From sequence record AP019418.1: 64,000 nt of DNA; one strand, written 5' to 3'. The translations under genes and the position numbers were made by a program. Within the stretch, counting starts at the first letter, position 1; each line of letters starts with the position of its first letter. A model generated the notes under the pieces. It was given only the letters and a program-made list of their open reading frames with translations. It made no database searches and was not told where the DNA came from. Below are positions 33,804-43,192 of this stretch, piece after piece.

Positions 33804-34727
33804 TCAATGATCAGGGGCATATTCTAATGCAATACCACTACATTCAAGCAGGTGATCAAACATAGCTACTGGGCGAGATCCACCAAATGGAATCTTTTCA
33901 CGATCAACTGCAACTGGTACAGATGAAGGTTTTTCTGCTGTTAGCCAAGACTCGATAACCGCAGCATGCGCCAATGGGTTATTAGTTTGGTCTAAGATTT
34001 CAGCAGTCGGACCTGGACCAACTGTACAGTTATATGACCGAGTTTCAGATTCACCGAATGACCGGATAGCTGTTTCTCGACCAGGTGTGCTAGCCCTATC
34101 AGCATTGTTTAACTTAGAAGGTAGACCAAATGGTTGTGTTTTTACAGATGCTGCTGCTGACCAGTCTTCACCAATCTTTTCTAGTAGCATCATGTAAAGT
34201 GGACCCATTAAGACATTATCTTTAGTTGTTACCCACTTACCAGCTTGATCTCGATAAGATACCTTCCCATAGTGTGGTCGATACTTATCGCTATTAATTA
34301 ATTTGTTGACTGCTGCCATTAGATCCACTGGATCATCAACTGGTGCGTAGATATATGGGAATCCATCCATTAGTACTGTTTTAACATGTTCTGCTGGATT
34401 TGGGTGTTCCATCATTTTACTATGCATTGTTGGAGCAATGATCTCATAGAAACCTAATAGTTCTTTAAATGCATAATCAACCCATTGCGTATTACCCATT
34501 ACACTATTTAGTTGTTGCTGGGTTGGTTTGGCATGTCGATCTAGTCCAGCTTCAACGCGTAGGCGTTGAGCTAGATCTCGTGCAGCTGCGCCAAAACCAT
34601 GTTCATAAATTCGACCATAATTTGAACGACGCATGGTTGAACCACCAAAGATAATTAGATCTGCCCTATTACCATTTTCGTCAATAGGCATATCTTCATC
34701 TTCCATTACCTTACAGATGACGCCCTT
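33804..34727 (-). CDS. Non-virion RNAP beta C-terminal subunit, exon 2 (gp73 part of gp71-73)
   Basis: Starts KGVICKVMEDEDMP after the intron omega-G; RRSNYGR, GPLYMMLLEK, RSFGESE motifs. Confidence 0.9.
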   Translation of the reverse strand, partial: KGVICKVMEDEDMPIDENGNRADLIIFGGSTMRRSNYGRIYEHGFGAAARDLAQRLRVEAGLDRHAKPTQQQLNSVMGNTQWVDYAFKELLGFYEIIAPTMHSKMMEHPNPAEHVKTVLMDGFPYIYAPVDDPVDLMAAVNKLINSDKYRPHYGKVSYRDQAGKWVTTKDNVLMGPLYMMLLEKIGEDWSAAASVKTQPFGLPSKLNNADRASTPGRETAIRSFGESETRSYNCTVGPGPTAEILDQTNNPLAHAAVIESWLTAEKPSSVPVAVDREKIPFGGSRPVAMFDHLLECSGIALEYAPDH

Positions 34728-35034
34728 CGTTATGTTCAGGTAAGTTCGCTACGCTTACCCCGCCTCTCGTATTGCAGGCAGCTGCATGTCACCATGCAGA
34801 CCAGACTATATCTTAACCTTCACTCTAGGTGGTCAGGTCCCTCCCATTTCCACTCGCTTGAGTGTACTCCGCGTAACCGGATAGTCGTTGAACGTTCAAT
34901 CCATTTCTGGAAAGCTTCGCTGCTGATTGTCTCATTGAGATGTCCCAGCAATTAGAGAGGATTTACTTGACTCTTTCGAGATCAAGCAGGCAATTTGACA
35001 ATATCCATTCCTGAGAGATGGATGGATATTAATT
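34728..35034 (-). ncRNA. Group I self-splicing intron, 307 nt, no endonuclease ORF
   Basis: Core P AATTGCTGGGA, Q AATCAGCAGC, R GTTCAACGACTA (34882-34893), S AAGATATAGTC (34804-34814). 5' exon ends in U, intron ends in G. Splicing restores FHGG|KGVI. Confidence 0.92.
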
Positions 35035-36213
35035 ACCACCATGAAAATCAGTCATCTTGAAAGCACCAGCAGGCATCTTTTGGGCTTTGTAAGTTACTTC
35101 GACTCGCCATTCATCTAGTGGGTCTAGTCGATAGAATCGAGATAGTTTACGGACATTATCAGGTTGAGGTAGGAACATCTGTGCAGTTACAATAAGACGT
35201 TCAAATTCCTCAGTGATATGTAGATCATCTTTACGACGTGCTAATAGACCACGATAGATCTTTAATAGTTCTCGATAATAACTGCTAAGATGAGTATGAT
35301 ATTTAACTAGTTGTGCATCCATTCCTGTTGGAGTAGGGGATGGATTTACACGCTCATCACGCCAAATATCAATATCAATAACCTTCGCACCAGGTGTGCC
35401 AATAACAGCTCTATCGAAAGTTCTATCTAGTGTACGAAGTGCCCTAGGAGTCATCTCGGCAGGAGCTAGATCATCATCATGGTCACGGATGGCGAAGATT
35501 ACACCATCTGGTCGGATAACATCGCCAATGTCTGGGAATGGTTTATAGACCTTATCATCGCCATACATGTTTAAGAAGAAAGCTTTCCTACCAGCATTAG
35601 CTACAGCCGTGCTATAACTAGTTGGCATCATCCTTTTAAGGAAATTCTTATTAGCTACGAATCCATCTTCAATGGTACCAGCGGCAGATAGGAATACAAC
35701 ATTAGCATTAACACCCATCCCTAAAGTACCGTCTTTCTTAACTGCACCAGACTGTGCAATCACTGTGTCTTTAGAGAACATTTCATTTGGGGCAATGGTT
35801 TCCCACACTTCTCGATTCTTTACAAGTTCATAACCAAAGTCTTGGTGATGACTCATGTACTCGGGAACATGTAAGACACCAATGGTTTTATATTTGTCAA
35901 AATAGTTTTCGTAGATAATAGTTGTTACCGGGTTAGATCTAATACTGTCTTTACCAATACCCGTTGGATATTTTCTAAGAACATGTAGTACACGACAATC
36001 CTCAGGAAAACGAACATCATGTGTATACTTGGCATACTCTAATTCAGCACCCGTTAGGAAATAACGCGATTCATTTCCATTTACTTCTGGTGCCTGGCCA
36101 ATATGTGTTACAAACATAGCACCCCGTGCAGATGAGGTAGTGCCATACCAAGGATCTAAACCAGTATGCCCTAATAGGGTTAGATCAATTTCACGTTTAC
36201 CTAGTTCAGCCAT
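35035..36213 (-). CDS. Non-virion RNAP beta C-terminal subunit, exon 1 (gp71 part); spliced product 700 aa
   Basis: SSARGAMFVTHIGQA, GVNANVVF, IEDG, KMTDFHGG beta motifs. Confidence 0.9.
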
Positions 36214-36325
36214 TTTGTTTATCACCATTAATTAGACAAGATGCAGTACTACTATATTTCTTATTTGCGCTGTTTTTAGATATAGCCTTTTGTAAGACTT
36301 CAATGTCTGGTATCACCAATCTCAT
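36206..36325 (-). CDS. 39-aa small ORF upstream of gp71 (missing from ORF track)
   Basis: MRLVIPDIEVLQKAISKNSANKKYSSTASCLINGDKQNG. AAGAGG RBS best spaced for TTG/GTG codons 3-4. Stop overlaps the gp71 start. Confidence 0.5.
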   Translation of the reverse strand: MRLVIPDIEVLQKAISKNSANKKYSSTASCLINGDKQNG

Positions 36326-36351
36326 ACCTCTTGTTTACTAATTACAAATCA

Positions 36352-36376
36352 ATGATATAGATCTTAAATAAAATTT
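36352..36376 (-). promoter_or_regulatory. Early-type phage promoter
   Basis: TTTAAGATCTATATCAT, variant of the motif upstream of chmA and gp68. Confidence 0.6.
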
Positions 36377-36389
36377 ATTGGAATTTATT

Positions 36390-36752
36390 ATGGCATTCAC
36401 ACTGTTAGCTAATCAGCCAGATTCAGGTGAATCTGTTTATTATGAACCAGGGTTCAGATTAATTATTGAGACTCATTTGAATATCTTACGTAATGTCAGA
36501 TCCACACGTATTCAGATTCCACCTGAACTGTATTACCAGTTCGAAGGAAACTTTTATGGATACATGGCAGAACGCCGTGTCAATCCTGATATGTGGTGGA
36601 TTCAAATGCGTGTTAATGGTTTAGTTAGCCCTTATGATTTTGGTAAAGTTCTAAGGGATCCTTCAGCTAATGATTACACCAGCTATTTAATCATACCGAA
36701 TAACGACATGATTCAACACCTCGTTAGCTTATATCAAACTAAAAAGTTTTAA
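36390..36752 (+). CDS. Baseplate wedge gp53/LysM-like small virion protein
   Basis: YQFEGNFYGY...DMWWIQMRVNG pattern resembles the T4 gp53-like family (inference). Confidence 0.55.
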   Translation: MAFTLLANQPDSGESVYYEPGFRLIIETHLNILRNVRSTRIQIPPELYYQFEGNFYGYMAERRVNPDMWWIQMRVNGLVSPYDFGKVLRDPSANDYTSYLIIPNNDMIQHLVSLYQTKKF

Positions 36753-36756
36753 AGCA

Positions 36757-36788
36757 AGCCAGGGGACCCTTAGGCCCCCTGGTTTATG
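36757..36788. terminator. Terminator between convergent genes
   Basis: CCAGGGG...CCCCTGG-TTTATG. Confidence 0.7.
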
Positions 36789-36793
36789 CCGTG

Positions 36794-38173
36794 TTACAGT
36801 AGACGACCCATCATTTGGTTTCCACCTAGATTCATCATCGCGGTGTTACCATTACCAGCTAGAGCGGGGTTTAGTGCTTGTGCAAATCCACCACCCATCG
36901 GCATTTGATTGCCCATGAGTTGCATCATTTGCGGATGCATATTAGCCATCATTGGTTGCTGTGGCTGCATCATCCCAGGCATTGCAAAGTTATTGTTCAT
37001 CATAACAGGTTGTTGCATCATTCCGGGTTGAGCAAATTGGTTTTTCTGCCCAGCGTTTAGAAGATCTTGGATAGATGCTTTATTGCTAGTTTGAACTTGT
37101 TGTGCGGGACGTTGAGGTGCCTGAGTCATTGCTACAGCTTGACTCATAGATGGATTAACATTCACAGTTGTGCCTACTGGTACACGTGTAGAAGTAGTTT
37201 GTTCTTTAGCAGTATTACCCACTTTAACTACACTATCCTTTTTCTGGACAGGAATTTGGGCAACTGGGTTTACAGTTTCAGAAGCTTCTTCTTCTACTTC
37301 ATTGCTGACTCCTTCATTACCATCAAGAGAGGGGATCTCACGTTGCATCTTTGCAAAATCAGCAATCACCTTCTCATCAACTTTTGAATAAGGTTGAATA
37401 GCATCATCGAAGATCAGGCGATACTTATCAATAACACTATTTAGTTGAGTAGTGATTTTGTTAAATGCCTGGATAAGACATACAAAATAAGGTGCTACCC
37501 GCTCAACTGTTCCTGCTGAATATTCAGTTGGTGAATCACCAAATGGTACAACTAGTTTAAATAGTTCGATTAGAACTGGCCGCTGTTTCTTAGGTACATT
37601 TACTCCAAGGATATCATCTTTAGAATAAAGATCCTCTACGATAGGGAACCGAATAACGCAGATACGGTTAACTGTCTTCCCATCAAATTTACCATTTGCT
37701 TTTAGATACACGCTTACAAAACGTGAACGTTTTTCAGCAGCTTTGACAACCTTATTAAACCACTCAATGGTATCTGGCTTAGCACCGGATAGTTTCTTTA
37801 GGAAGTCTGAACATTCTGGTGGAATGTCTTTATGCAGAGTGGAGTCGGCAGCTACTTCTAAAATACGTGAAGTAAGATACTTCACAGTAAACATTAGATT
37901 AGCCTTAACTTGACGCTGCATATGCTGTAGTACTTGAGAAGTACCTAGCCGAGAGATCTTTTCAGATAGCGGGTGGAAGGCGATGTAATCATCGCCTAGC
38001 CCTTTACGAAGCCAATCTTTAGTAGGTACCACTAGTCGCTTACCATCTACCTTTGCAGGTGCAGGTCGACCAAGTGGATCGAGAATACTGATCATATCCT
38101 CTTCACCTACTTTGTATCGGAAAGCAGGTAATACTTGATCACTATAGAACTTGGAAAGAGAAATCGTAGGCAT
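36794..38173 (-). CDS. Conserved nucleus-locus protein gp70-like with Q/M/N/G-rich C-terminal low-complexity region
   Basis: Long ORF directly downstream of picA; tail PGMMQQPVMMNNNFAMPGMMQPQQ... Confidence 0.8.
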   Translation of the reverse strand: MPTISLSKFYSDQVLPAFRYKVGEEDMISILDPLGRPAPAKVDGKRLVVPTKDWLRKGLGDDYIAFHPLSEKISRLGTSQVLQHMQRQVKANLMFTVKYLTSRILEVAADSTLHKDIPPECSDFLKKLSGAKPDTIEWFNKVVKAAEKRSRFVSVYLKANGKFDGKTVNRICVIRFPIVEDLYSKDDILGVNVPKKQRPVLIELFKLVVPFGDSPTEYSAGTVERVAPYFVCLIQAFNKITTQLNSVIDKYRLIFDDAIQPYSKVDEKVIADFAKMQREIPSLDGNEGVSNEVEEEASETVNPVAQIPVQKKDSVVKVGNTAKEQTTSTRVPVGTTVNVNPSMSQAVAMTQAPQRPAQQVQTSNKASIQDLLNAGQKNQFAQPGMMQQPVMMNNNFAMPGMMQPQQPMMANMHPQMMQLMGNQMPMGGGFAQALNPALAGNGNTAMMNLGGNQMMGRLL

Positions 38174-39815
38174 TGTTATCACCAAATTTAGGATTGATTT
38201 GAGCAGGTTGAGCTACAGGATGTTGATACGGTTGCATGTTAACCGGCTGACCACTACTGTTTAGAATGTTTTGTTGAGTCTTAGTTGGGATAACATTCTT
38301 AACAAGATAGGTAAGGTCATTAGAGATCATAGCCGGTGCAGATGCATCCCGAGTAATGACTGGACTAAACAGACTATCAATGAAGGTCGGTGCGATGAAT
38401 CGTTCTACCGATTCATGATTTAGACTGATATCAATAACAGTATCACCAGCTAAGTCAGAGTGCATGGAAATTTTAAACGGAATCTGGTTACCATAAGAGA
38501 TACTGTTAATCGCATCGGTAATAAGACGACGTTCAAAGTCATTAATCTGTGGAGTCATATCAATTCCATCCATGATACTCCTGGTACCATTTGGATGCAT
38601 TTCGAATAGATAGTTATTCGCTCCATGTCCATTTGTAATTGCAAAGGAGGTTACCCGGAAATAGTTATCCATCATGATTGCTGGAACTACTTGTGCAAGT
38701 AGAGATGCTGCAACAGTGTGATGATCTGCACCACCCCAATGCATGGAATGCTCTGCTCGGTTAACGAAGCGTTGAGAATTACCATTATCCATACCAGCTT
38801 TAACTACACCATCAACCAGTAGTTCAGGGAATACTCGTTGTAGGTCAGCCAGTGTAACAAAGCCACGTTCCATGTAATTGCAGCGTTCTTTTAGAATGCG
38901 CATGAACATATTGGAATGGATATCTTGATTTCGAAGTACAGCTGATGCATCACCTAGCATCACTTCATCAGAGACACCTCCAAAGATATTATCGTTATCA
39001 TTATTAGCCATCTCAGCTTCTTTAACAGAATGCTGCCATGCATTAAGAGTACTAGATAGATAACGAGTAGGAGAAGTATCACGGCGATTTGAATATTGGA
39101 AAGTACCTGCTTCACCAACACTGGAACGTTGATCAATGATCCGGTCAAATACACCTTGATGTAGTCCAGTTGATTCAATGCGTTTAGCTACTTGCATCGT
39201 TTGCTGAATCTGGAAAACATCTTCTGGCCGTTGGAGATATGATGAAGTTCCAGTATACATGCTAAACCCGTTCTGAGGGATAGTAATATCACTCATGATA
39301 TCGACGGGTGCAAGGATCTGGTTAGAACCTAGGATATGTGCTTGTTTAACCACACCAAACTCAGTTGGTCGTTGACGCTCTACAATAACAGTTTCACTAT
39401 TAAAATAGATACGCATGTTAGGATCTAGACTATTGCTAAGCGGACTAATAGAGCAATGGTCAGAGCAACCAAATAGAATCCGGCAAGTACGGGTATTACC
39501 AAAGAAACGGTTATTCTCCCATACTTTCATCATGAACCTAAACCGGCGTTCACCCCAACCATTGACGATAGGGACTTCGCCTTGAGTTTGAGCACGTGGT
39601 GCGATCACATCAGCTGCAATTTGCTGTACAGCTGCAACACCTAGATTACGACCATCATTAGTTGCTTCTTTTAAACGTTCAATAGAGTTCTCAGTGACCT
39701 CTACAGTAAATGGTCGAACATGTTCAGGTTGATAAGTACCAGTTTGTACTAGAATGAATGATTCAATCTGTACTTCAGTATTACCGCCCATTGCTGAATT
39801 ATTAAAACCTAACAT
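38142..39815 (-). CDS. picA: Phage-nucleus protein import factor PicA/Imp1 (phiKZ gp69)
   Basis: 557 aa between gp68 and gp70; WGERRFRFMM, RPEDVF, FIDSLFSP segments; GAGG RBS. Confidence 0.8.
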   Translation of the reverse strand: MLGFNNSAMGGNTEVQIESFILVQTGTYQPEHVRPFTVEVTENSIERLKEATNDGRNLGVAAVQQIAADVIAPRAQTQGEVPIVNGWGERRFRFMMKVWENNRFFGNTRTCRILFGCSDHCSISPLSNSLDPNMRIYFNSETVIVERQRPTEFGVVKQAHILGSNQILAPVDIMSDITIPQNGFSMYTGTSSYLQRPEDVFQIQQTMQVAKRIESTGLHQGVFDRIIDQRSSVGEAGTFQYSNRRDTSPTRYLSSTLNAWQHSVKEAEMANNDNDNIFGGVSDEVMLGDASAVLRNQDIHSNMFMRILKERCNYMERGFVTLADLQRVFPELLVDGVVKAGMDNGNSQRFVNRAEHSMHWGGADHHTVAASLLAQVVPAIMMDNYFRVTSFAITNGHGANNYLFEMHPNGTRSIMDGIDMTPQINDFERRLITDAINSISYGNQIPFKISMHSDLAGDTVIDISLNHESVERFIAPTFIDSLFSPVITRDASAPAMISNDLTYLVKNVIPTKTQQNILNSSGQPVNMQPYQHPVAQPAQINPKFGDNNAYDFSFQVL

Positions 39816-39831
39816 AGAACTACCTCAATTA

Positions 39832-41397
39832 TTACTGATTAAGTTTACCCAGATGAATTACCAGTTCGGTGATCACCGACTTAATTGTGGCCGGTACAAC
39901 AAGGACTTTATTCTGAGTTACCTGTTCTGCTTCTTTGAATAAACGATCGGGTCCATGATAGATCCAGTTACTAGATCTAATGGATGCATGTGCAGATTGC
40001 ACAGCAATGCCCGCAATATTTACAGGTGCTACTGGAACACCGTTAATAGCTCGTTGTTGTCGCTGATGTGGATAAAGTTCATCCATCACATCCTTATATT
40101 TAATTTGAATACGTGTACTATTACGTGGTTGAATGGACATTGCATGTTCACCACTATAATACAACTCTACTTGCATAAATACAGCAACTTGTTGGAAACC
40201 CCAATGCCACATTAGTGACTGAGCTGCTGCCAACAAATGGTTAACTGCATTTTTATTAATGTGGCTGAATGCTCTTGCAGGGAAAGCTTTGTGCATCACC
40301 CATTGTGCAAGTAATATCTGGTGTGGATAGATATCTTTAGTAGCTGTAACTGCAACGCAATCTAGACATTCCTGAATTAACTCTACTGGGACAGTGTCAT
40401 CGATTTTGTGAACCAGTTTAACTACATCAAGAGCATCTAAGTTATAAGCTACGATATCACCAGGAGTAACTCGCTGTTTAGTTTTATGCGATTCGATAAA
40501 TGATGTTTTATCATCATCATCAATACCACCTTTATCTGGCCGTTTATCATTAACCCGGTCAGCAGTTGATCGTTCCGCAGGGTTTAGATTTGACTTAACA
40601 TATCTAAACATATTTGAAACGATGGAATGTGAGGTGACATCGTTTAATGGTAGGATGGTTAATCGCCTAACCATAACTTTAGCCTGTAAGATATCCGGCA
40701 CTTCAGCTGAACTCATACCCCTATAAAGGTTGGCTAAGGTGGGTGCTTCATCTTCTACACAAAACTTAACATATGCACTTAGCTTATCATAAGCTGTTTC
40801 TACTGGAGTTCCATCGATTGATATTTCATCAACAGGCCAATGGTTAACCTCACAATCCGAGATGAGACTAATTACTTCACACTCTTTATGCATTTCCTGA
40901 GAAGTGCCCTGATCAATAAACTCGCCCCAAATAGGTACTAAAGGACGAAGAGCTAGTGATACAGATGCAAGGTTAATATAGTCATGTTTCAGATATGTTT
41001 GATCTGGTCGATTATATCGTGAATCATCAGTGATAACTTCTTCAATATCTACTGGAATATAAAGTTTACCAATAGTTAGTAGCCATCGCCGAAAACTGTT
41101 CATCGGCATGGCTTTATACATCTCTTTGATGTAATAGGATAGACTCATTGCAATCCTCATCGGATCCATGGCCATATCCATGATCTTACGAATTTCTACA
41201 TAACAATTCCAGATATGTTGTTGTGTCTCAGCACTTAGGCCACTCCAATAATCATTGATTTCTTGGAATACGCGTTGTTGATCTTGTACACGGATTTTAC
41301 TATAAGCCGTAGTTGTCCAAGTTAAACGTTTACCATTGTGTTCTGTAGCCACTTCAGTAAAACCAGTACCTTGAACTCCTGTAACGATGATTTGCAT
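39832..41397 (-). CDS. Non-virion RNAP sigma-like promoter specificity subunit gp68
   Basis: Recognised sequence MQIIVTGVQGTGFTEVATEH...LVIHLGKLNQ; 521 aa from ATG 41397 with GAGG RBS. Confidence 0.92.
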   Translation of the reverse strand: MQIIVTGVQGTGFTEVATEHNGKRLTWTTTAYSKIRVQDQQRVFQEINDYWSGLSAETQQHIWNCYVEIRKIMDMAMDPMRIAMSLSYYIKEMYKAMPMNSFRRWLLTIGKLYIPVDIEEVITDDSRYNRPDQTYLKHDYINLASVSLALRPLVPIWGEFIDQGTSQEMHKECEVISLISDCEVNHWPVDEISIDGTPVETAYDKLSAYVKFCVEDEAPTLANLYRGMSSAEVPDILQAKVMVRRLTILPLNDVTSHSIVSNMFRYVKSNLNPAERSTADRVNDKRPDKGGIDDDDKTSFIESHKTKQRVTPGDIVAYNLDALDVVKLVHKIDDTVPVELIQECLDCVAVTATKDIYPHQILLAQWVMHKAFPARAFSHINKNAVNHLLAAAQSLMWHWGFQQVAVFMQVELYYSGEHAMSIQPRNSTRIQIKYKDVMDELYPHQRQQRAINGVPVAPVNIAGIAVQSAHASIRSSNWIYHGPDRLFKEAEQVTQNKVLVVPATIKSVITELVIHLGKLNQ

Positions 41398-41430
41398 TTT
41401 AACCTCTTTTACCAATGTAGATACATGTTA

Positions 41431-41455
41431 GTAATATAGATCTCAAATTTTTTTT
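41431..41455 (-). promoter_or_regulatory. Early promoter (TATATTAC) for the gp68-70 operon
   Basis: AAAAAAATTTGAGATCTATATTAC; TATATTAC is the reported phiKZ early motif. Confidence 0.8.
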
Positions 41456-41522
41456 AGTATAACGGTATTTAGTGCTGAGGGCATATCGGTGCCTACTTCG
41501 AGAGTAAGCACCGAAATATGTT

Positions 41523-42263
41523 TTAGAAGGAAGGCATATCCTCATCAAAAGCTGAGTCATTATAACTATTATTAGCCGGCTTAGCATAACTATTATTGCC
41601 ACCGTTGTTATAGTTATTGCGCTGACCACCGTTATTGTAACCACCGCTATTACCATTACCCTGATTGAAATTAGCAGGGTTAGATACACCTTTAGCATCT
41701 GGATCGAATTCAGTTACTAGAAGATGCATTACTAGTTTATATGCGGGGTCTAGGAAACCGTATGCATAAGCATCAGACATTTCCTTAGGTGATAGCTGAC
41801 TACCATCTGCTTTGCGGATATCATGGAATTGGGACGGGCCAAAGAAGAATTTGATCTTTGGACGATCAGGTTGAGTGCTCAGCACTGCGATGTAAATTCG
41901 ACCATCTTGTGCACGGCCAACATGTAGCTTAGAAAGCTCAATAAAATTATCACGCTTTTTACCAGCTACGAAGTTATTGCGGTAAACAAAGACGCGTTCA
42001 GTATCTTCAGTTTTACCTTCAATTAAGTCCATTGCAAACTTAATGAAACATGCAAAGGTTGCTAGGTCAGTATTGAACTCAATTTTACCATGGTCTTTAT
42101 CACCAGGTACATTAGTACGAACAGTAACCCGTGGTTGGTTTTTAAACAGACCAAATCGTAGCGTCGGTCGTTTTTGAGAACCCTCACATGGTTTGGCATG
42201 TAGCCAAGTATTCATTACGTTAAAAGGGTTAACTACGGGTGCATTAGGCTGCTGTTGTGACAT
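41523..42263 (-). CDS. chmC: Nucleus-associated nucleic-acid-binding protein ChmC/Imp6 (phiKZ gp67)
   Basis: 246 aa immediately upstream of gp68; beta-rich core, N/G/Y-rich tail ending AFDEDMPSF. Confidence 0.7.
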   Translation of the reverse strand: MSQQQPNAPVVNPFNVMNTWLHAKPCEGSQKRPTLRFGLFKNQPRVTVRTNVPGDKDHGKIEFNTDLATFACFIKFAMDLIEGKTEDTERVFVYRNNFVAGKKRDNFIELSKLHVGRAQDGRIYIAVLSTQPDRPKIKFFFGPSQFHDIRKADGSQLSPKEMSDAYAYGFLDPAYKLVMHLLVTEFDPDAKGVSNPANFNQGNGNSGGYNNGGQRNNYNNGGNNSYAKPANNSYNDSAFDEDMPSF

Positions 42264-42349
42264 GATGTGATAACTCCAAATTAAAACTAGATTCTTTTAA
42301 CTAGATGGGAAATGATTTCTACGTAATATTATCGCAACAAGTATTTCTT

Positions 42350-43180
42350 CTATTTGAATTTCTTGTATGCTTCTTTTAACTCTTTAGAACCATAAGCAGT
42401 AATGTCATGATGAACTTTATCTGGTGTTGTTAATCCTGTCCATTTTCTAGATTGTGCCAATTGTTTTAATTGCGCACGAATAGCTTTGTCTTGTGGTTCA
42501 AGTAATTGTTTATCGCCAAATATCTGTATAGCAAATGATGTAAAAGGAAATGGAGTATCTTCTTTTAAACCATTTAGTTTAGTATACCACATGTTGTATG
42601 TCTTTATTTTACCCGTATGGGATTCCAATAAAAGAAGTCTATTAAAATGGGGTTTCCATAATAGTTCATGTGGGAAATGGGTTAATAGTAAAACAGTACC
42701 TTCAACCTTTGGAGGTTTATTAGATATTTCCATTGTAGTTAAATCTGTATCTTTTAACTTCTGGTATAGTTCAATTGATACAAATCGTTCATAAACATCA
42801 TAAGCTAATTGTTGCGGTGTTCGTGATACTTTAAATGTAGCTTTAGGGAATAACCACTTCACTGCATCTCGACCAGTAATGTAATATTTTACAGTTGCTT
42901 TTATCCCCGATTGCCGTAAAGCAACCGGGATTGTTTGTGCTTCTTGAAATAAAACATCGACTGCTGCAACCAAGTTAATATTAGTTTGTTGTTCAGACTT
43001 CATAGCCTGCCACATATTTCTTGCAAGAGTACGGACATTAATCCATATTTCTTTAATAGACTTAACATCAGTTGGTTGTCTAGGCTTTTGTGGATGTGTT
43101 CCTATAAGCCCTTCGAGAGCAAAAGAAGTTCCAATGCTAATCGGAATATTAGCACCTACATCTCTCTCGATAATATCCAT
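42350..43180 (-). CDS. gp66-like protein, possible 5'-3' exonuclease/PIN-like fold
   Basis: 276 aa; LLTH, LLESHTG, IFGD segments; fold call is inference. Confidence 0.55.
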   Translation of the reverse strand: MDIIERDVGANIPISIGTSFALEGLIGTHPQKPRQPTDVKSIKEIWINVRTLARNMWQAMKSEQQTNINLVAAVDVLFQEAQTIPVALRQSGIKATVKYYITGRDAVKWLFPKATFKVSRTPQQLAYDVYERFVSIELYQKLKDTDLTTMEISNKPPKVEGTVLLLTHFPHELLWKPHFNRLLLLESHTGKIKTYNMWYTKLNGLKEDTPFPFTSFAIQIFGDKQLLEPQDKAIRAQLKQLAQSRKWTGLTTPDKVHHDITAYGSKELKEAYKKFK

Positions 43181-43192
43181 TATTATTGCCTT

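Noticed and set aside
41399-41698. 99-aa minus-strand ORF overlapping the chmC tail
   Set aside because: Alternative frame generated by the AAC/AAT/GGT repeats; crosses the terminator-like hairpin and the gp68 promoter
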